Source of the DNA: Candidatus Nomurabacteria bacterium
Lineage (GTDB): Bacteria > Patescibacteriota > Patescibacteriia > HK-STAS-PATE-3
Assembly (NCBI GenBank): GCA_023898465.1
Contig: CP060223.1
Location: 992,001 to 1,056,000 of the forward strand
Reading direction: 5' to 3'
Length of the DNA: 64,000 nt
Below the pieces are notes generated by a model. It did not search any database. It had not been told where the DNA came from and saw only the letters and a list, made by a program, of their open reading frames with translations. A program made the position numbers and the translations under genes. This document shows positions 29,689 to 38,944 of the stretch, piece after piece (the first letter of the stretch is position 1; every line of letters begins with the position of its first letter).

Positions 29689-30921
29689 ATGAGACTGTGC
29701 TACACTTCTCCTATGCCCCAGTATTACTTTATTCTTGGTAAAAACCCGAAGCTCTCTTTAGCAGAGCTAGACCAAGCCCTGCAGACTCGTGCCATTACCA
29801 GCGAAGTGGTGGCTCGTGCTTCTGACTACTGTATTTTGGAGACCAAAGAAGAGTTAAATCTGGTGGAGTTATTGCAGCACTTGGGAGGTACACTGAAGGC
29901 AGGGCAAATACTTGAAGGGCTTTCTTCACGAGATGAAGTACAAAGTATCTGCGCAAATGTAGATTGGGCAGAGAAAAAACTACCGCTCACAAAACATCGG
30001 GCAGAATTTGGTATAAGCGTCTACGGGACAAAAAAGTCTGGACCCTTAAGTAAGCGCTATGGTCTAGGTTTAAAAAAAGCATTGCAGTCAATTGGACATT
30101 CTGTGCGGATGATTTTTGATCCAAGCGGCCAACTCAGCAGTGTTACCGTAGCAAAGAATGGATTACTGAGTAAGGGTTTTGAGCTTTGCGTGTTAGAAAG
30201 TGCCACTCAACATTGGCTTGGACTTAGTCAGGCAGTGCAATCATTCCGCAAGTTTAGTGAGCGGGATTATGGCCGACCTGACCGTGATGCGCGCAATGGC
30301 ATGCTTCCGCCAAAGTTGGCACTCATGATGCTTAATATTGCGGGCGCAAAAAGCGGAAGCGTCGTGCTCGATCCTTTTTGTGGATCAGGTACTGTACTGC
30401 AAGAAGCACTTTTGCTGGGATGCAAAAAAGTTTATGGTTCGGATATTAGCGAGAAGGCGGTAAAAGATTCGCAAAATAATGTACAGTGGCTTAGTACGCA
30501 GGAGAAGTCGATTGGCACTGTGCAGATACGTAAAGTTGACGCTCGTCAGCTGCGTCCTACCTATGTCGCAGAGTCGGTTGATGTGATTGTGACCGAGCCA
30601 GACCTTGGTCCGCCGCGACCGGCGCGTAACGAGGAGCAAATAGAAGAACGACGACAAGAAGCCATTGCTTTGTATCGATCTTTCTTATCATCAGCGACCA
30701 AGGTGTTGAAGGCAAACGGTCGGGTGGTTATGGCTTGGCCCGTTTGGTCTCTGCAGGATACTCGTTATCACTTGCATCCAAAGAAAATACTACCAGACGG
30801 CTGGACACTACTTTGGCCCTATGGTGATCTAGTATCGCAGGATGGTGAAAAGACCTTGCTCTATGAGCGACCAGGTCAGTTTGTAGCTCGTGAGATTGTG
30901 ATACTCTCCCCAAATAAATAG
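29689..30921 (+). CDS. putative RNA methyltransferase (UPF0020/Trm11/RlmL-like SAM-dependent MTase)
   Basis: LDPFCGSGT motif I and VTEPDLGPP motif IV; probable start at internal MPQYY (29713). Confidence 0.55.
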   Translation: MRLCYTSPMPQYYFILGKNPKLSLAELDQALQTRAITSEVVARASDYCILETKEELNLVELLQHLGGTLKAGQILEGLSSRDEVQSICANVDWAEKKLPLTKHRAEFGISVYGTKKSGPLSKRYGLGLKKALQSIGHSVRMIFDPSGQLSSVTVAKNGLLSKGFELCVLESATQHWLGLSQAVQSFRKFSERDYGRPDRDARNGMLPPKLALMMLNIAGAKSGSVVLDPFCGSGTVLQEALLLGCKKVYGSDISEKAVKDSQNNVQWLSTQEKSIGTVQIRKVDARQLRPTYVAESVDVIVTEPDLGPPRPARNEEQIEERRQEAIALYRSFLSSATKVLKANGRVVMAWPVWSLQDTRYHLHPKKILPDGWTLLWPYGDLVSQDGEKTLLYERPGQFVAREIVILSPNK

Positions 30922-30991
30922 CCTTGACATTGATGTCGGCATTACTTATGTTGGCAGTGTTTGTTGCACCTTAAAGAGGAGGGAAGAGTCG

Positions 30992-31180
30992 ATGGGAGAT
31001 TGTGAGGGTGAACACGAGGGCGTTAGGACTGGACTTACGGAAGTCTACTGGGATCCCAAATCAGGGAAGTTTCTATATAGAGGCCGTACGCGTCCGGGTG
31101 TGCCCAGTGAAAGGTCCATCAAGTCGAAGCTCGGGGAGAAGTCGAAATCTCGAAAGAAAAGGAGTGGCAAGAAGAAATGA
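30992..31180 (+). CDS. hypothetical small Lys/Arg-rich protein
   Basis: AGGAGGG RBS; followed by two hairpin/T-run terminators (31188-31225 and 31277-31305). Confidence 0.35.
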   Translation: MGDCEGEHEGVRTGLTEVYWDPKSGKFLYRGRTRPGVPSERSIKSKLGEKSKSRKKRSGKKK

Positions 31181-31305
31181 GGCGGCGTATGGCGACACAT
31201 CAGGACGATGGTCGCCTTTTTCTTATAAAAAGCAAAAAGCTGAGATAGTGACTAGTTTCAAAAAATGAACGAAAAAGAGACTGACACAGAGGCCAGTCTC
31301 TTTGG

Positions 31306-31600
31306 AATTCAATCAGATCGCGTTATCGAACACGAGTCCCCATCATTTGTTGACGGGGCCGCGGAATGACGCGGGGAGGTGGCGAGGGTCGAGTGGTGCG
31401 TCTGCTTTGGATGAGCAGGCGGGCCGCCATTCGTACAGCAAATCGTCCGTCAACACAAGGGCGAAGTCCGTATTTGAAATTCGCCCACAGGGTTCTCCTG
31501 TTCGTGGCGATCATGCCAGTCCTTTCGTTGCAGTGTGGAAAGTGCATTCCCTCCACTAACATAGCTAGTATAGCGCGTTCCTATACGACTGCAAGTGGAT
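31306..31600. ncRNA. candidate structured non-coding RNA (unclassified), GC-rich, no credible ORF
   Basis: About 295 nt at about 58% GC between two terminators and the promoter of the next gene; all three plus-strand frames and one minus-strand frame are open with no RBS or start context; nested helices GTTGACGG/CCGTCAAC, CCGCG/CGCGG, TCTGC/GCAG, GGGCGAA/TTCGCCC. Confidence 0.25.
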
Positions 31601-31616
31601 AGCGTACAATGCACAT

Positions 31617-32303
31617 ATGTCAGAACGATTACAGAAATTTATTGCCCGTTCGAGTCAGTATTCGCGACGCCGAGCTGAGGAGCTCATGAAAAGCGGTGTG
31701 GTAAAAGTAAACGGCCAGGTTATTCGCCAACTCGGCACCAGTGTAAATCCAGAAGAAGACGTGGTGGAGGTGCTTGGTAAGAGGGTGAATCCAGAAACGC
31801 GGATCCGCTACATAGTTGTACATAAGCCGCGCGGGTATGTGTGTACACGGGCGCGTCATGCAAAAGAAAAAACAGTCTACGACCTTGTGCCAAATAGTCG
31901 AGACCTGGTGATTGCTGGGCGCTTGGACAAAGAGTCAGAGGGTCTCGTACTACTCACCAATGATGGCGCATTAGTGCAGCAGCTGACCCATCCTAGTTAC
32001 CAGCATGAGAAAGAATACGAAGTAGTAACTGCGCAGCGAATCACTGATGCTCATATTGCCAAACTGCTTCGTGGAGTGCCGCTTAAGGAAGGTTTGGCAA
32101 AAGCGGATAAAGTACAACGAATAAGTGAGAAGAAAATAAGACTAGTACTTCATCAAGGTTGGAAACGGCAAATTCGTCGTATGTGTGAAGTGATTGGCTT
32201 AAGCGTATTGCGATTGAAGCGAATTCGCATGGGGAGTCTGAAGCTTGATACACTTGAACTTGGCGCATCCCGCGGTGTGAAAAGGGATGACTTTTTAAGT
32301 TAG
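31617..32303 (+). CDS. pseudouridine synthase, RsuA/RluB family (S4 domain + catalytic domain)
   Basis: S4 motif RLQKFIARSSQYSRRRAEELM..GVVKVNG, then VVHKPRGYVCT...GRLDKESEGLVLLTNDG. Confidence 0.85.
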   Translation: MSERLQKFIARSSQYSRRRAEELMKSGVVKVNGQVIRQLGTSVNPEEDVVEVLGKRVNPETRIRYIVVHKPRGYVCTRARHAKEKTVYDLVPNSRDLVIAGRLDKESEGLVLLTNDGALVQQLTHPSYQHEKEYEVVTAQRITDAHIAKLLRGVPLKEGLAKADKVQRISEKKIRLVLHQGWKRQIRRMCEVIGLSVLRLKRIRMGSLKLDTLELGASRGVKRDDFLS

Positions 32304-32398
32304 ATATTGTTGAAGAAAAAGCATTGTAACAGCTGCTTGTCTATTTTTTTGCTATGTGTTAAAAAAGGGAATGGATCTTTTCAACCTGGAGGTGAGTT

Positions 32399-32623
32399 AT
32401 GGGTTGTCATGAGTCTAGTAATGGCCCCGATGCACATGACTGTGCCGACTGGGAAAGTTGGGTGGAGTTTTTGCAGGGACCTAAGCCAACTTCTCCGCTG
32501 TTGGATGTACCTCGAGAATCGAGCGGATTTTCTGGAATCGATGAAGGTCTGAGACAGGATTTCTGGGCTAGCCTTTTGCGTTTTTCGAAGATCCTGAATG
32601 AAGAGAAGCCTGAGTCGAGCTAA
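32399..32623 (+). CDS. hypothetical small protein
   Basis: GGAGGTGAG RBS; GC-rich. Confidence 0.3.
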   Translation: MGCHESSNGPDAHDCADWESWVEFLQGPKPTSPLLDVPRESSGFSGIDEGLRQDFWASLLRFSKILNEEKPESS

Positions 32624-32634
32624 GGAGGGACAGT

Positions 32635-32892
32635 ATGGGAACCGGAGAATGTACTGGTGGAGAACGCATCCGGACTGGTGAGTCCTGGGAGGAGCATCAG
32701 GAAGGCTATCGCTATCTCGAGATGCAAGCGCGCTTGGACGCTATGTCAGATGCTCTTGGTCTGCCCTTGGCTGGTTCGAGTCGTCGAATGGAAGTGGTGC
32801 CGCCTGCTCAGGTGCCGAGGTGGTTGCGACCTGACGCATCAATGCAGCGGCCGAAGTATGCACCTTGGTATCGCCAGTCGCATGAATGGTGA
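32635..32892 (+). CDS. hypothetical small protein
   Basis: AAGGAGGGAC RBS; 12 nt after the previous ORF. Confidence 0.3.
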   Translation: MGTGECTGGERIRTGESWEEHQEGYRYLEMQARLDAMSDALGLPLAGSSRRMEVVPPAQVPRWLRPDASMQRPKYAPWYRQSHEW

Positions 32893-33025
32893 GTCGGCAT
32901 GCACGACATCAACATCCAATAGAGAGGTCGTCCTATCAAGGAACGACCTTTTTCTTATAATAGTTTTTTGAAAAAAAATTTAGTTTGGAATAGTATAATA
33001 AAAGAAAGCATTAAACAAATAGCAT

Positions 33026-33643
33026 ATGCAATCAAAAATACTCACCGCAACACTTTCTGTAGCTATTATCATAATGGCGGGTGTAATTATCTATTTATTA
33101 GGAACAAATAAGGAGAGTCAGACCACGGCGACAACAAATTCTTCATTAACGAACACTAGTGTCTTGGTTGATACGGTGACCGAAAAGAATTGTTTGGCTG
33201 ATGATTGTCTCTTGGTTGATAACCTGGAATACCCAGCAGCCAATCTTCCTTCATATGTAATCACCGCGCTTGGCAAAGCAATTGATGATGAGTATAAAGC
33301 GCGAGCGACTTACGAAGCGGTAATTGATCAATTTGGTTCCACTCGACCCTTCTCCATGATCATCCGGGCTGAGGAGCAGCACATTAGCTCACTTAAAGCT
33401 ATATATGATAAGTATGGAGTAGATATCCCGGTTGATCCGTATGAGGTCGACGCTCTCGACATCCCCGATACAATTGCGGAAGCGTGTCAACTTGGAGTAG
33501 AGGCGGAAATTGCAAATGCTGCGTTATATCGAGATGAGTTATTACCAGAGGTGAGCGCATACGCCGACATAATCTCAGTGTTTGAAAGCTTAATGAATGC
33601 CTCACAAGAGAAGCATCTTCCGGCATTTCAAAAGTGTAGTTGA
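33026..33643 (+). CDS. DUF2202-type ferritin-like secreted protein
   Basis: N-terminal TM/signal; AIDDEYKARATYEAVIDQFG...IRAEEQHISSLKAIYDKYGVDIP and a second half-repeat, typical of the DUF2202 ferritin-like domain. Confidence 0.6.
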   Translation: MQSKILTATLSVAIIIMAGVIIYLLGTNKESQTTATTNSSLTNTSVLVDTVTEKNCLADDCLLVDNLEYPAANLPSYVITALGKAIDDEYKARATYEAVIDQFGSTRPFSMIIRAEEQHISSLKAIYDKYGVDIPVDPYEVDALDIPDTIAEACQLGVEAEIANAALYRDELLPEVSAYADIISVFESLMNASQEKHLPAFQKCS

Positions 33644-33693
33644 GTAATGAGAAAAACCGCGCAGCCTGTGAGAAGCGTGCGCGGCTGGTCGAG

Positions 33694-34206
33694 TCATTCG
33701 GGGTAGAGGGCGAGCGATGAGCGGTCAACATCTGGCACGTCAGCTAGGCAGAGTGCAGGGGTGAGCGTGGGATCGCGAATGAGCAGGCTGATGTGAAGTA
33801 GATCCTCATCACCGGTACGTTTTGACCGGAAGATGATGGGGTCGCGATACCAAGGCTTGATGATGAGCGTCCATCCCTCTCGCATATGACCTGGATTTGC
33901 AAAAGTGATTGACTGATCGTGCACAGACGGACTCCAAGGAAAGGAGCTCGTATGTTTCCCTGCTGCGGTTGTGAGTGTAACTCGCGAGCCAAGGAAGGCG
34001 CGATTACAGTGATAGACTTGAATCGAGTCAGGTTCGATGTCCTCGAGTTCGGGGTCAAAGACGGCGATCCGTGGATAAGGAGTCACTTGGACTCGCTTCG
34101 GACCATAGACATGATCATAGACCCAGGTCACCGAAGCAGGGAATACGCCGATGAGAAGCAGTAGTGAGACGATCACAAGGGAAATCCAGCCAAAAGCCTT
34201 TCGCAC
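33694..34206 (-). CDS. hypothetical membrane-anchored protein (GTG start)
   Basis: AGGAGGTG 6 nt upstream of GTG; one N-terminal TM; GC-rich. Confidence 0.45.
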   Translation of the reverse strand: MRKAFGWISLVIVSLLLLIGVFPASVTWVYDHVYGPKRVQVTPYPRIAVFDPELEDIEPDSIQVYHCNRAFLGSRVTLTTAAGKHTSSFPWSPSVHDQSITFANPGHMREGWTLIIKPWYRDPIIFRSKRTGDEDLLHISLLIRDPTLTPALCLADVPDVDRSSLALYPE

Positions 34207-34380
34207 TACGCACCTCCTGTGCAGGTTTTCCTAAAGAGCAATTGCTATAGAGCACAGCTTAACTGGATTTTGTATTTTCGCCAAGTCTAAAGTAGCACTT
34301 GCAAATTTTTAGCTCCCTGTGGTAAAGCAAAGAAGCTCTTTATCCCGTGAACGCAAAACATTCAAGTAAAGGAGGTTGCG

Positions 34381-34653
34381 GTGTCACCGGAACAGCGGAA
34401 TAGGAAGCGTTTGCGCAAGAGTTGCGAAAAGCAACTTCAACGGAACGGAACCATGCCTCCTGGTCCGTGGAGGTGGGTGCATGGCGTGCTCTATGATCGC
34501 AATGATCAGGAGTTGACTCGCGAGCGTCCAGAAGCCCTTGGTCTCGAGGGCCTCCCAAAGCCGCTCGAACGGTCAGGATCTCGTTTCCCGAATCGACCGA
34601 GGGAGTATGGGCGGGACGGTTCGTCCACTCAGCAGAGGCCAAGCTGGTGGTGA
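34381..34653 (+). CDS. hypothetical Arg-rich small protein (GTG start)
   Basis: AAGGAGG RBS. Confidence 0.25.
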   Translation: MSPEQRNRKRLRKSCEKQLQRNGTMPPGPWRWVHGVLYDRNDQELTRERPEALGLEGLPKPLERSGSRFPNRPREYGRDGSSTQQRPSWW

Positions 34654-34713
34654 GATGTCTGCAGGTGAGTTGCAATATACTCACCTGCCTTTTTATTAGT
34701 AAAGCCGCGCAAC

Positions 34714-34935
34714 TCAGAGTGAGTGCGCGGCTGAAGCCGGACAAGAATCTTCTTCGCAGTCGGTTTCGTGGTTTCCGGTGGAAACATCGGGCTTCTGACG
34801 AGTCACGACGAGTACGACGACGAGGAAAATGGACAGTGCGCAGAGAAAGCACACCATAAGTATGGTGTAGTCGGGGTCCGGCGCAGGCTGAGGCGGATCG
34901 ACTAGTCCAAAGATAGGGTCAAGGTAAAAGAGCAT
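34714..34935 (-). CDS. hypothetical single-TM small protein
   Basis: GGAGGT 5 nt upstream of ATG (MLFYLDPIFGL...); Cys-containing hydrophobic segment. Confidence 0.3.
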   Translation of the reverse strand: MLFYLDPIFGLVDPPQPAPDPDYTILMVCFLCALSIFLVVVLVVTRQKPDVSTGNHETDCEEDSCPASAAHSL

Positions 34936-35078
34936 GACTACCTCCGAGTTTGCAGCCATTTGCATGGTAGTTAGTTTTTACCTTTAGGTCAATAAAAACC
35001 TGCGAGTATATTCTTGACAAAGGGTCATGAATTGCTAAGGTGGTTTTGTTTACTAGGCTCTTTTTAGGCGAGGTGCAC

Positions 35079-35249
35079 ATGGCTGAGAAAATGCCCAAAT
35101 CAGTAAAGGCCAAGAACGCTCAGTTTGAGCAATGTCCGATCTGCCGACAGGTAGATATCCGACCACTTGTAGATCATCTCACCCCGGACGGTAAGATGAC
35201 CTGTCCTGGACCGCGGCTTCAGGTATGTGACGGTGAATCAAGCAACTGA
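35079..35249 (+). CDS. hypothetical small Cys-containing protein
   Basis: TTCTTGACA-16-TAAGGT promoter at about 35001; CPICRQ...CPGPRLQVC. Confidence 0.25.
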   Translation: MAEKMPKSVKAKNAQFEQCPICRQVDIRPLVDHLTPDGKMTCPGPRLQVCDGESSN

Positions 35250-35258
35250 GGAGGTGTT

Positions 35259-35477
35259 ACCGTGGCGGATGGTGAATCGACTGGCGGATCGATCGAGTAC
35301 TCGATCGGCACGCCTGAAGGGTGGGAAGAGCTCAAGCGAGCTCAACGAGACCTTCGAGATGCGCAAGCGGGTTCGAGCGGCTGTTTTCTCCGGCCTCATT
35401 GGCCAAAGAGAGAGGTGGTCAGAGCACTGAAAGAGCATGGACTCTTGAAGTCCAAGACTCGTGAGCGACCGTCCTAG
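35259..35477 (+). CDS. hypothetical small protein (GTG/ATG start)
   Basis: AGGAGGTG RBS; followed by a 22 nt palindromic terminator. Confidence 0.3.
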   Translation, partial: TVADGESTGGSIEYSIGTPEGWEELKRAQRDLRDAQAGSSGCFLRPHWPKREVVRALKEHGLLKSKTRERPS

Positions 35478-35494
35478 GATGGTCGCTTTTTCTT
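35465..35494. terminator. bidirectional terminator GCGACCGTCCTAGGATGGTCGC + TTTTTCTTT
   Basis: Near-perfect 22 nt palindrome followed by T-run. Confidence 0.55.
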
Positions 35495-35521
35495 TATTGC
35501 AAAAACGCCTCGCTAAGAGAG

Positions 35522-36040
35522 TTAGTATGGGATCGAATCAATCAAAGAGTAGTTAGCATTTACAAAATCTTTATAGCTTGACCACGGCCAGTCCTCAGGT
35601 TTATTTACCAACCCATCCCTCACTGGATTATAATGAATATAGTTCACGTGATGATTTAGATCTTGTTGGTCACGGATGATGTGGTCGTAAAATGATTTTT
35701 GCCAAATAAATTTCGTAGATAGCCGAGGATGATCATCCTCGGCTATGAGGTGTGGATATATAATATTAATACTCCTTGAAATGTTTCTTTTTAGGCAATG
35801 CATAAGATCAGAAATATTACTTTCATAACGAGGCCGTAACAAAAAATGTGCATGATCATGCATTACAACATACGCGTATAGATAATAAGGTTGGATATTT
35901 TTTGTTATTTGGAGTCGGGAGATAACAATATTCGCAAGATGAGAATCTTTGAAGAAGGGAATTCTATTGTGAGTTACAATTGTGACAAAATATATTCCAT
36001 CCGGAATATAGATTCGTTTAAGCTTACTAATAAACAACAT
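35522..36040 (-). CDS. IS200-like / REP-associated tyrosine transposase (RAYT, HuH Y1 family)
   Basis: HuH motif VVMHDHAHFLL, downstream Tyr-containing region, 172 aa; markedly AT-rich versus neighbours; AAGGAG RBS. Confidence 0.75.
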   Translation of the reverse strand: MLFISKLKRIYIPDGIYFVTIVTHNRIPFFKDSHLANIVISRLQITKNIQPYYLYAYVVMHDHAHFLLRPRYESNISDLMHCLKRNISRSINIIYPHLIAEDDHPRLSTKFIWQKSFYDHIIRDQQDLNHHVNYIHYNPVRDGLVNKPEDWPWSSYKDFVNANYSLIDSIPY

Positions 36041-36118
36041 GGCGTCTCCTTAAAGATCGCCACATTTCCAGCCTATACTGCTGTTCTGGAAAAGTAAAGC
36101 TGCGCGATACTGAGTCCC

Positions 36119-37168
36119 TTACTGACTGATATGGAAATGCACAACGTCTCCATCTTGGATGATGTACTCCTTGCCTTCCATGCGCATGAGGCCTTTTGCT
36201 TTTGCGTTAGCTTCGCTCCCAGCCTCAAGTAAGGTTTTCCAGTTAATCACTTCAGCTCGAATGAAAGCCTTAATAAAGTCGGTATGAATCACTCCAGCAG
36301 CTTGCGGGGCGGGACTTCCTTGCTTCACAGTCCAAGCGCGGGTTTCCTTCGGACCCGTGGTCAACATGGTGATGAGGTTGAGCAATTCGTAGGAAGCGCG
36401 AATGAGTCGATCAAGTCCACTCGATTTCCATCCCAATTCTTGCAGCATGGCTTTTGCGTCTTCGCTGGGGAGCTCGGCTAGTTCAGCTTCCATTTTTACG
36501 CATACTTTTAGCGGAGTGGTGGCCTCACTTACCTCATCTTCGCTCACGTTATAGAGAGTGAGGATAGGCTTCATAGTAAGTAGATTGAGGTAGCGAATCG
36601 CCTCCTTTTCCTCTTTACTGAGATCGACAGTATTGGCTGGCTTCCCTTCATTCAGAGCTGCATTTATTCGCTCTAATATACCCACCTGCAACTTGGCTTC
36701 TTTGTCACCTGATCGAGCTTTACCGTTTTGTGTATCTAAAGCTTTTGTCACCTGATCTAAATCAGCCATAGCCAGTTCATAGAGGATAGTTTGTTCATCC
36801 TCATCTGGGTTGACTCGACCGGATACATGATGGACATTCGCATCTTCAAATCCACGTACGACGTGACAGATTGCATCAACCTCTCGGATGTTTGAGAGAA
36901 ATTTATTACCTAAGCCTTCACCTTGCGAAGCACCTTTGACCAAACCGGCAATGTCGACAAACTCAATTGTCGTAGGAATAATTTCCTGCGATGCTGAGAG
37001 TTTTGCTAAAGGCTCCAATCGATCATCAGGCACGGCAACGACGCCCACATTTGGGTCAATGGTAGCAAAAGGATAGTTAGAGGTATCAACCTGCTTTTTG
37101 GTTAGCGCTTGGAAAAGGGTTGATTTACCGACATTGGGTAGTCCGACAATTCCGACCTGCAGTGACAT
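36119..37168 (-). CDS. ychF: ribosome-binding ATPase YchF (Obg-family)
   Basis: GIVGLPNVGKSTLF, DIAGLVKGAS, C-terminal TGS domain. Confidence 0.9.
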   Translation of the reverse strand: MSLQVGIVGLPNVGKSTLFQALTKKQVDTSNYPFATIDPNVGVVAVPDDRLEPLAKLSASQEIIPTTIEFVDIAGLVKGASQGEGLGNKFLSNIREVDAICHVVRGFEDANVHHVSGRVNPDEDEQTILYELAMADLDQVTKALDTQNGKARSGDKEAKLQVGILERINAALNEGKPANTVDLSKEEKEAIRYLNLLTMKPILTLYNVSEDEVSEATTPLKVCVKMEAELAELPSEDAKAMLQELGWKSSGLDRLIRASYELLNLITMLTTGPKETRAWTVKQGSPAPQAAGVIHTDFIKAFIRAEVINWKTLLEAGSEANAKAKGLMRMEGKEYIIQDGDVVHFHISQ

Positions 37169-37186
37169 AGAGGAGTGGGTTACAAA

Positions 37187-37519
37187 TTATGAAACATTTT
37201 TCTTCCACTCGCGCTGCTGATTTTTTTCTTCTTTCGCGCGCAGTGCTTGAGGAAGGTCTATAGAAAGCTTATTCGCAATATCAGTCAGGTAAATTATGCA
37301 GTCGGCTATTTCCTCAGCTGCTTCTGACCGCTTGGTGTCATCGGCCATTGCTAGGCCTTCTGACTTTCGAATCGCCCTAGCGAGCTCGCCGATTTCTTCC
37401 ATTAGGAGCACGAGCTTATCTTTGACTGACTCATCATCAAAACCCCGTTCAGTGAGTACTCGTTGAAAATACTCTTGGAGCTCGCTTAAGCTGGGATTAT
37501 GTGATAGTTGCATAGACAT
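37187..37519 (-). CDS. MazG-like nucleotide pyrophosphohydrolase (small all-alpha NTP-PPase)
   Basis: LLMEEIGELARAIRK...EEIADCIIYL; EExxE-type motifs. Confidence 0.65.
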   Translation of the reverse strand: MSMQLSHNPSLSELQEYFQRVLTERGFDDESVKDKLVLLMEEIGELARAIRKSEGLAMADDTKRSEAAEEIADCIIYLTDIANKLSIDLPQALRAKEEKNQQREWKKNVS

Positions 37520-37523
37520 AGCG

Positions 37524-38261
37524 CTACCCTTTTCCCTTACGCCAACGCACCGCGTTCAGTAGCGGCCCATAGAGATCATCACGTTTGTTGATATGCAAAT
37601 TGCGAATCTCCTTTGGACTAGGATTTCGTTTTTGGAATTGCACGAAAGGGAGCTTGGTGATAAGAGCGAGTGGTGTTTGTTCAGTACCCTCACCCATAAC
37701 GGCAACTGCTGCAGCGGCTAAGGCATCACTGTGATTTGCCTGCGATAAGTACATGGGATGACCAAATAAATCCTTAGTCCCGCGATAATCTTTCAGTGCC
37801 AAGAAGCCAGAGTGGGCAATCGCAACTCCAGTGGTTCCCCAGCGCAAAGGTCGAGTAGTGCTGTCACTGATGATAACGCCGATCTGCTGACGCCGGAAAC
37901 GCTTTTGCAAATAGGTTCGAATCGCATTAGCACTTTTTTTAGGATGCTTTGGCAGCATCACGTGCGCGCCCGCCGCATTCGAGTGATCAACTCCCGCTGC
38001 AGGGAATAAGTGCGAGTATTTAATTGTCAGCATGGTGTGATATTTACTGCGCTGTCGTGGTAAATACCATTCAGCCTCTCTTTGAATCAAGGTGTCTTTA
38101 TCTGTCCTACGGTCTATATGACCCTCACACAGTGCTACGATTTTTGACGTTACGACGAGGATGCTTTTTTCCGGAATGTTTTTTACTGCGCGATCAAGAA
38201 TACCGGTCAGTGGGCCGGATTCCTCAGTTATACGTGGAGTGCGGATCGCTTTGATATTCAT
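37524..38261 (-). CDS. CofE-like (F420-0:gamma-glutamyl ligase family) protein
   Basis: VVTSKIVALCEG... and AAGVDHSNAAGAHVMLP resemble CofE family signatures. Confidence 0.55.
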   Translation of the reverse strand: MNIKAIRTPRITEESGPLTGILDRAVKNIPEKSILVVTSKIVALCEGHIDRRTDKDTLIQREAEWYLPRQRSKYHTMLTIKYSHLFPAAGVDHSNAAGAHVMLPKHPKKSANAIRTYLQKRFRRQQIGVIISDSTTRPLRWGTTGVAIAHSGFLALKDYRGTKDLFGHPMYLSQANHSDALAAAAVAVMGEGTEQTPLALITKLPFVQFQKRNPSPKEIRNLHINKRDDLYGPLLNAVRWRKGKG

Positions 38262-38944
38262 CGAGGGTATTGTATACCGTATCGCAGGAAAAGTTCGCTG
38301 TCTAGCTCTTTTTGGCTGATAAGCTTCAGCTGAGGCAGGCGCTTTGGTTGGAACATGCTTCCTTCTAGCAAATGAAGACTATTACCTTTTTCACTGCCTA
38401 GCAACTTTGGCGTGAAAGTGAGGAATAGTTCATCGAGTAATTTTGCCTGTACAAAACTCTGTACTAATTGCGGGCCGCCCTCAACTAAGATGTGATGATA
38501 GCCATCCCGATAGAGTTTGGCGCTTAACTTTTTTGCAGAAAAGTTTTTATCCTTCACTTGCTGTATCGCCGTATAGGCAGGTGCAGATCTGCGAAGGCCT
38601 TGCATAATCTGCGCTTGCCTACTGACTACGATATAGAGGAGCGGTCGGTGTTTGCCAAGCTGCTTTCGTCGCTTTTGAAAGTTCGGGTCAGTCAGGCGCT
38701 GCAGAGTGGGTGAGTTTAGTGCAGTATTGCGGCCATGAATAAGCACGTCAGCATGGGCCCGCAATTCAAGCAGCGTTGCAAAATCACGCTGGCTGCCGAG
38801 AGGCCAGTATGCTCGGGGATGTTTCCTTGATTGCACTACACCGTCTACTGATTGAACAAAGTTCGTGTAGAAGTAAGGGCGCTTAGACTTCAGCGGAAGC
38901 TTCAGCCGTCGGTAAAGTGCTTGGTTTGCTCGGTGTTTTGTCAT
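38258..38944 (-). CDS. RibD C-terminal-domain (dihydrofolate reductase-like) reductase
   Basis: FVQSVDGVV...LR..ADVLIHGRNT pattern of PF01872-type reductases; overlaps the next gene by about 60 nt. Confidence 0.55.
   Translation of the reverse strand: MTKHRANQALYRRLKLPLKSKRPYFYTNFVQSVDGVVQSRKHPRAYWPLGSQRDFATLLELRAHADVLIHGRNTALNSPTLQRLTDPNFQKRRKQLGKHRPLLYIVVSRQAQIMQGLRRSAPAYTAIQQVKDKNFSAKKLSAKLYRDGYHHILVEGGPQLVQSFVQAKLLDELFLTFTPKLLGSEKGNSLHLLEGSMFQPKRLPQLKLISQKELDSELFLRYGIQYPR

Noticed and set aside
31306-31600. Assignment of the GC-rich ORF-free segment to RNase P RNA, tmRNA, SRP RNA or a group II intron domain V
   Set aside because: Hallmark motifs were checked by eye and were absent or out of order: the P4 GGAAAGUCCGGGC / ACAGAACCCGGCUUA pair, the tmRNA tRNA-like ends and tag ORF, the SRP AGGUCAGG, and the domain V CCGUAU...GUACGG pair. 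It is reported only as an unclassified structured-RNA candidate.
34340-34852. 170 aa minus-strand ORF (Arg/Ser-rich)
   Set aside because: Low-complexity Arg-rich translation antisense to better-supported small ORFs with SD sites. It is likely a GC-rich frame artefact.
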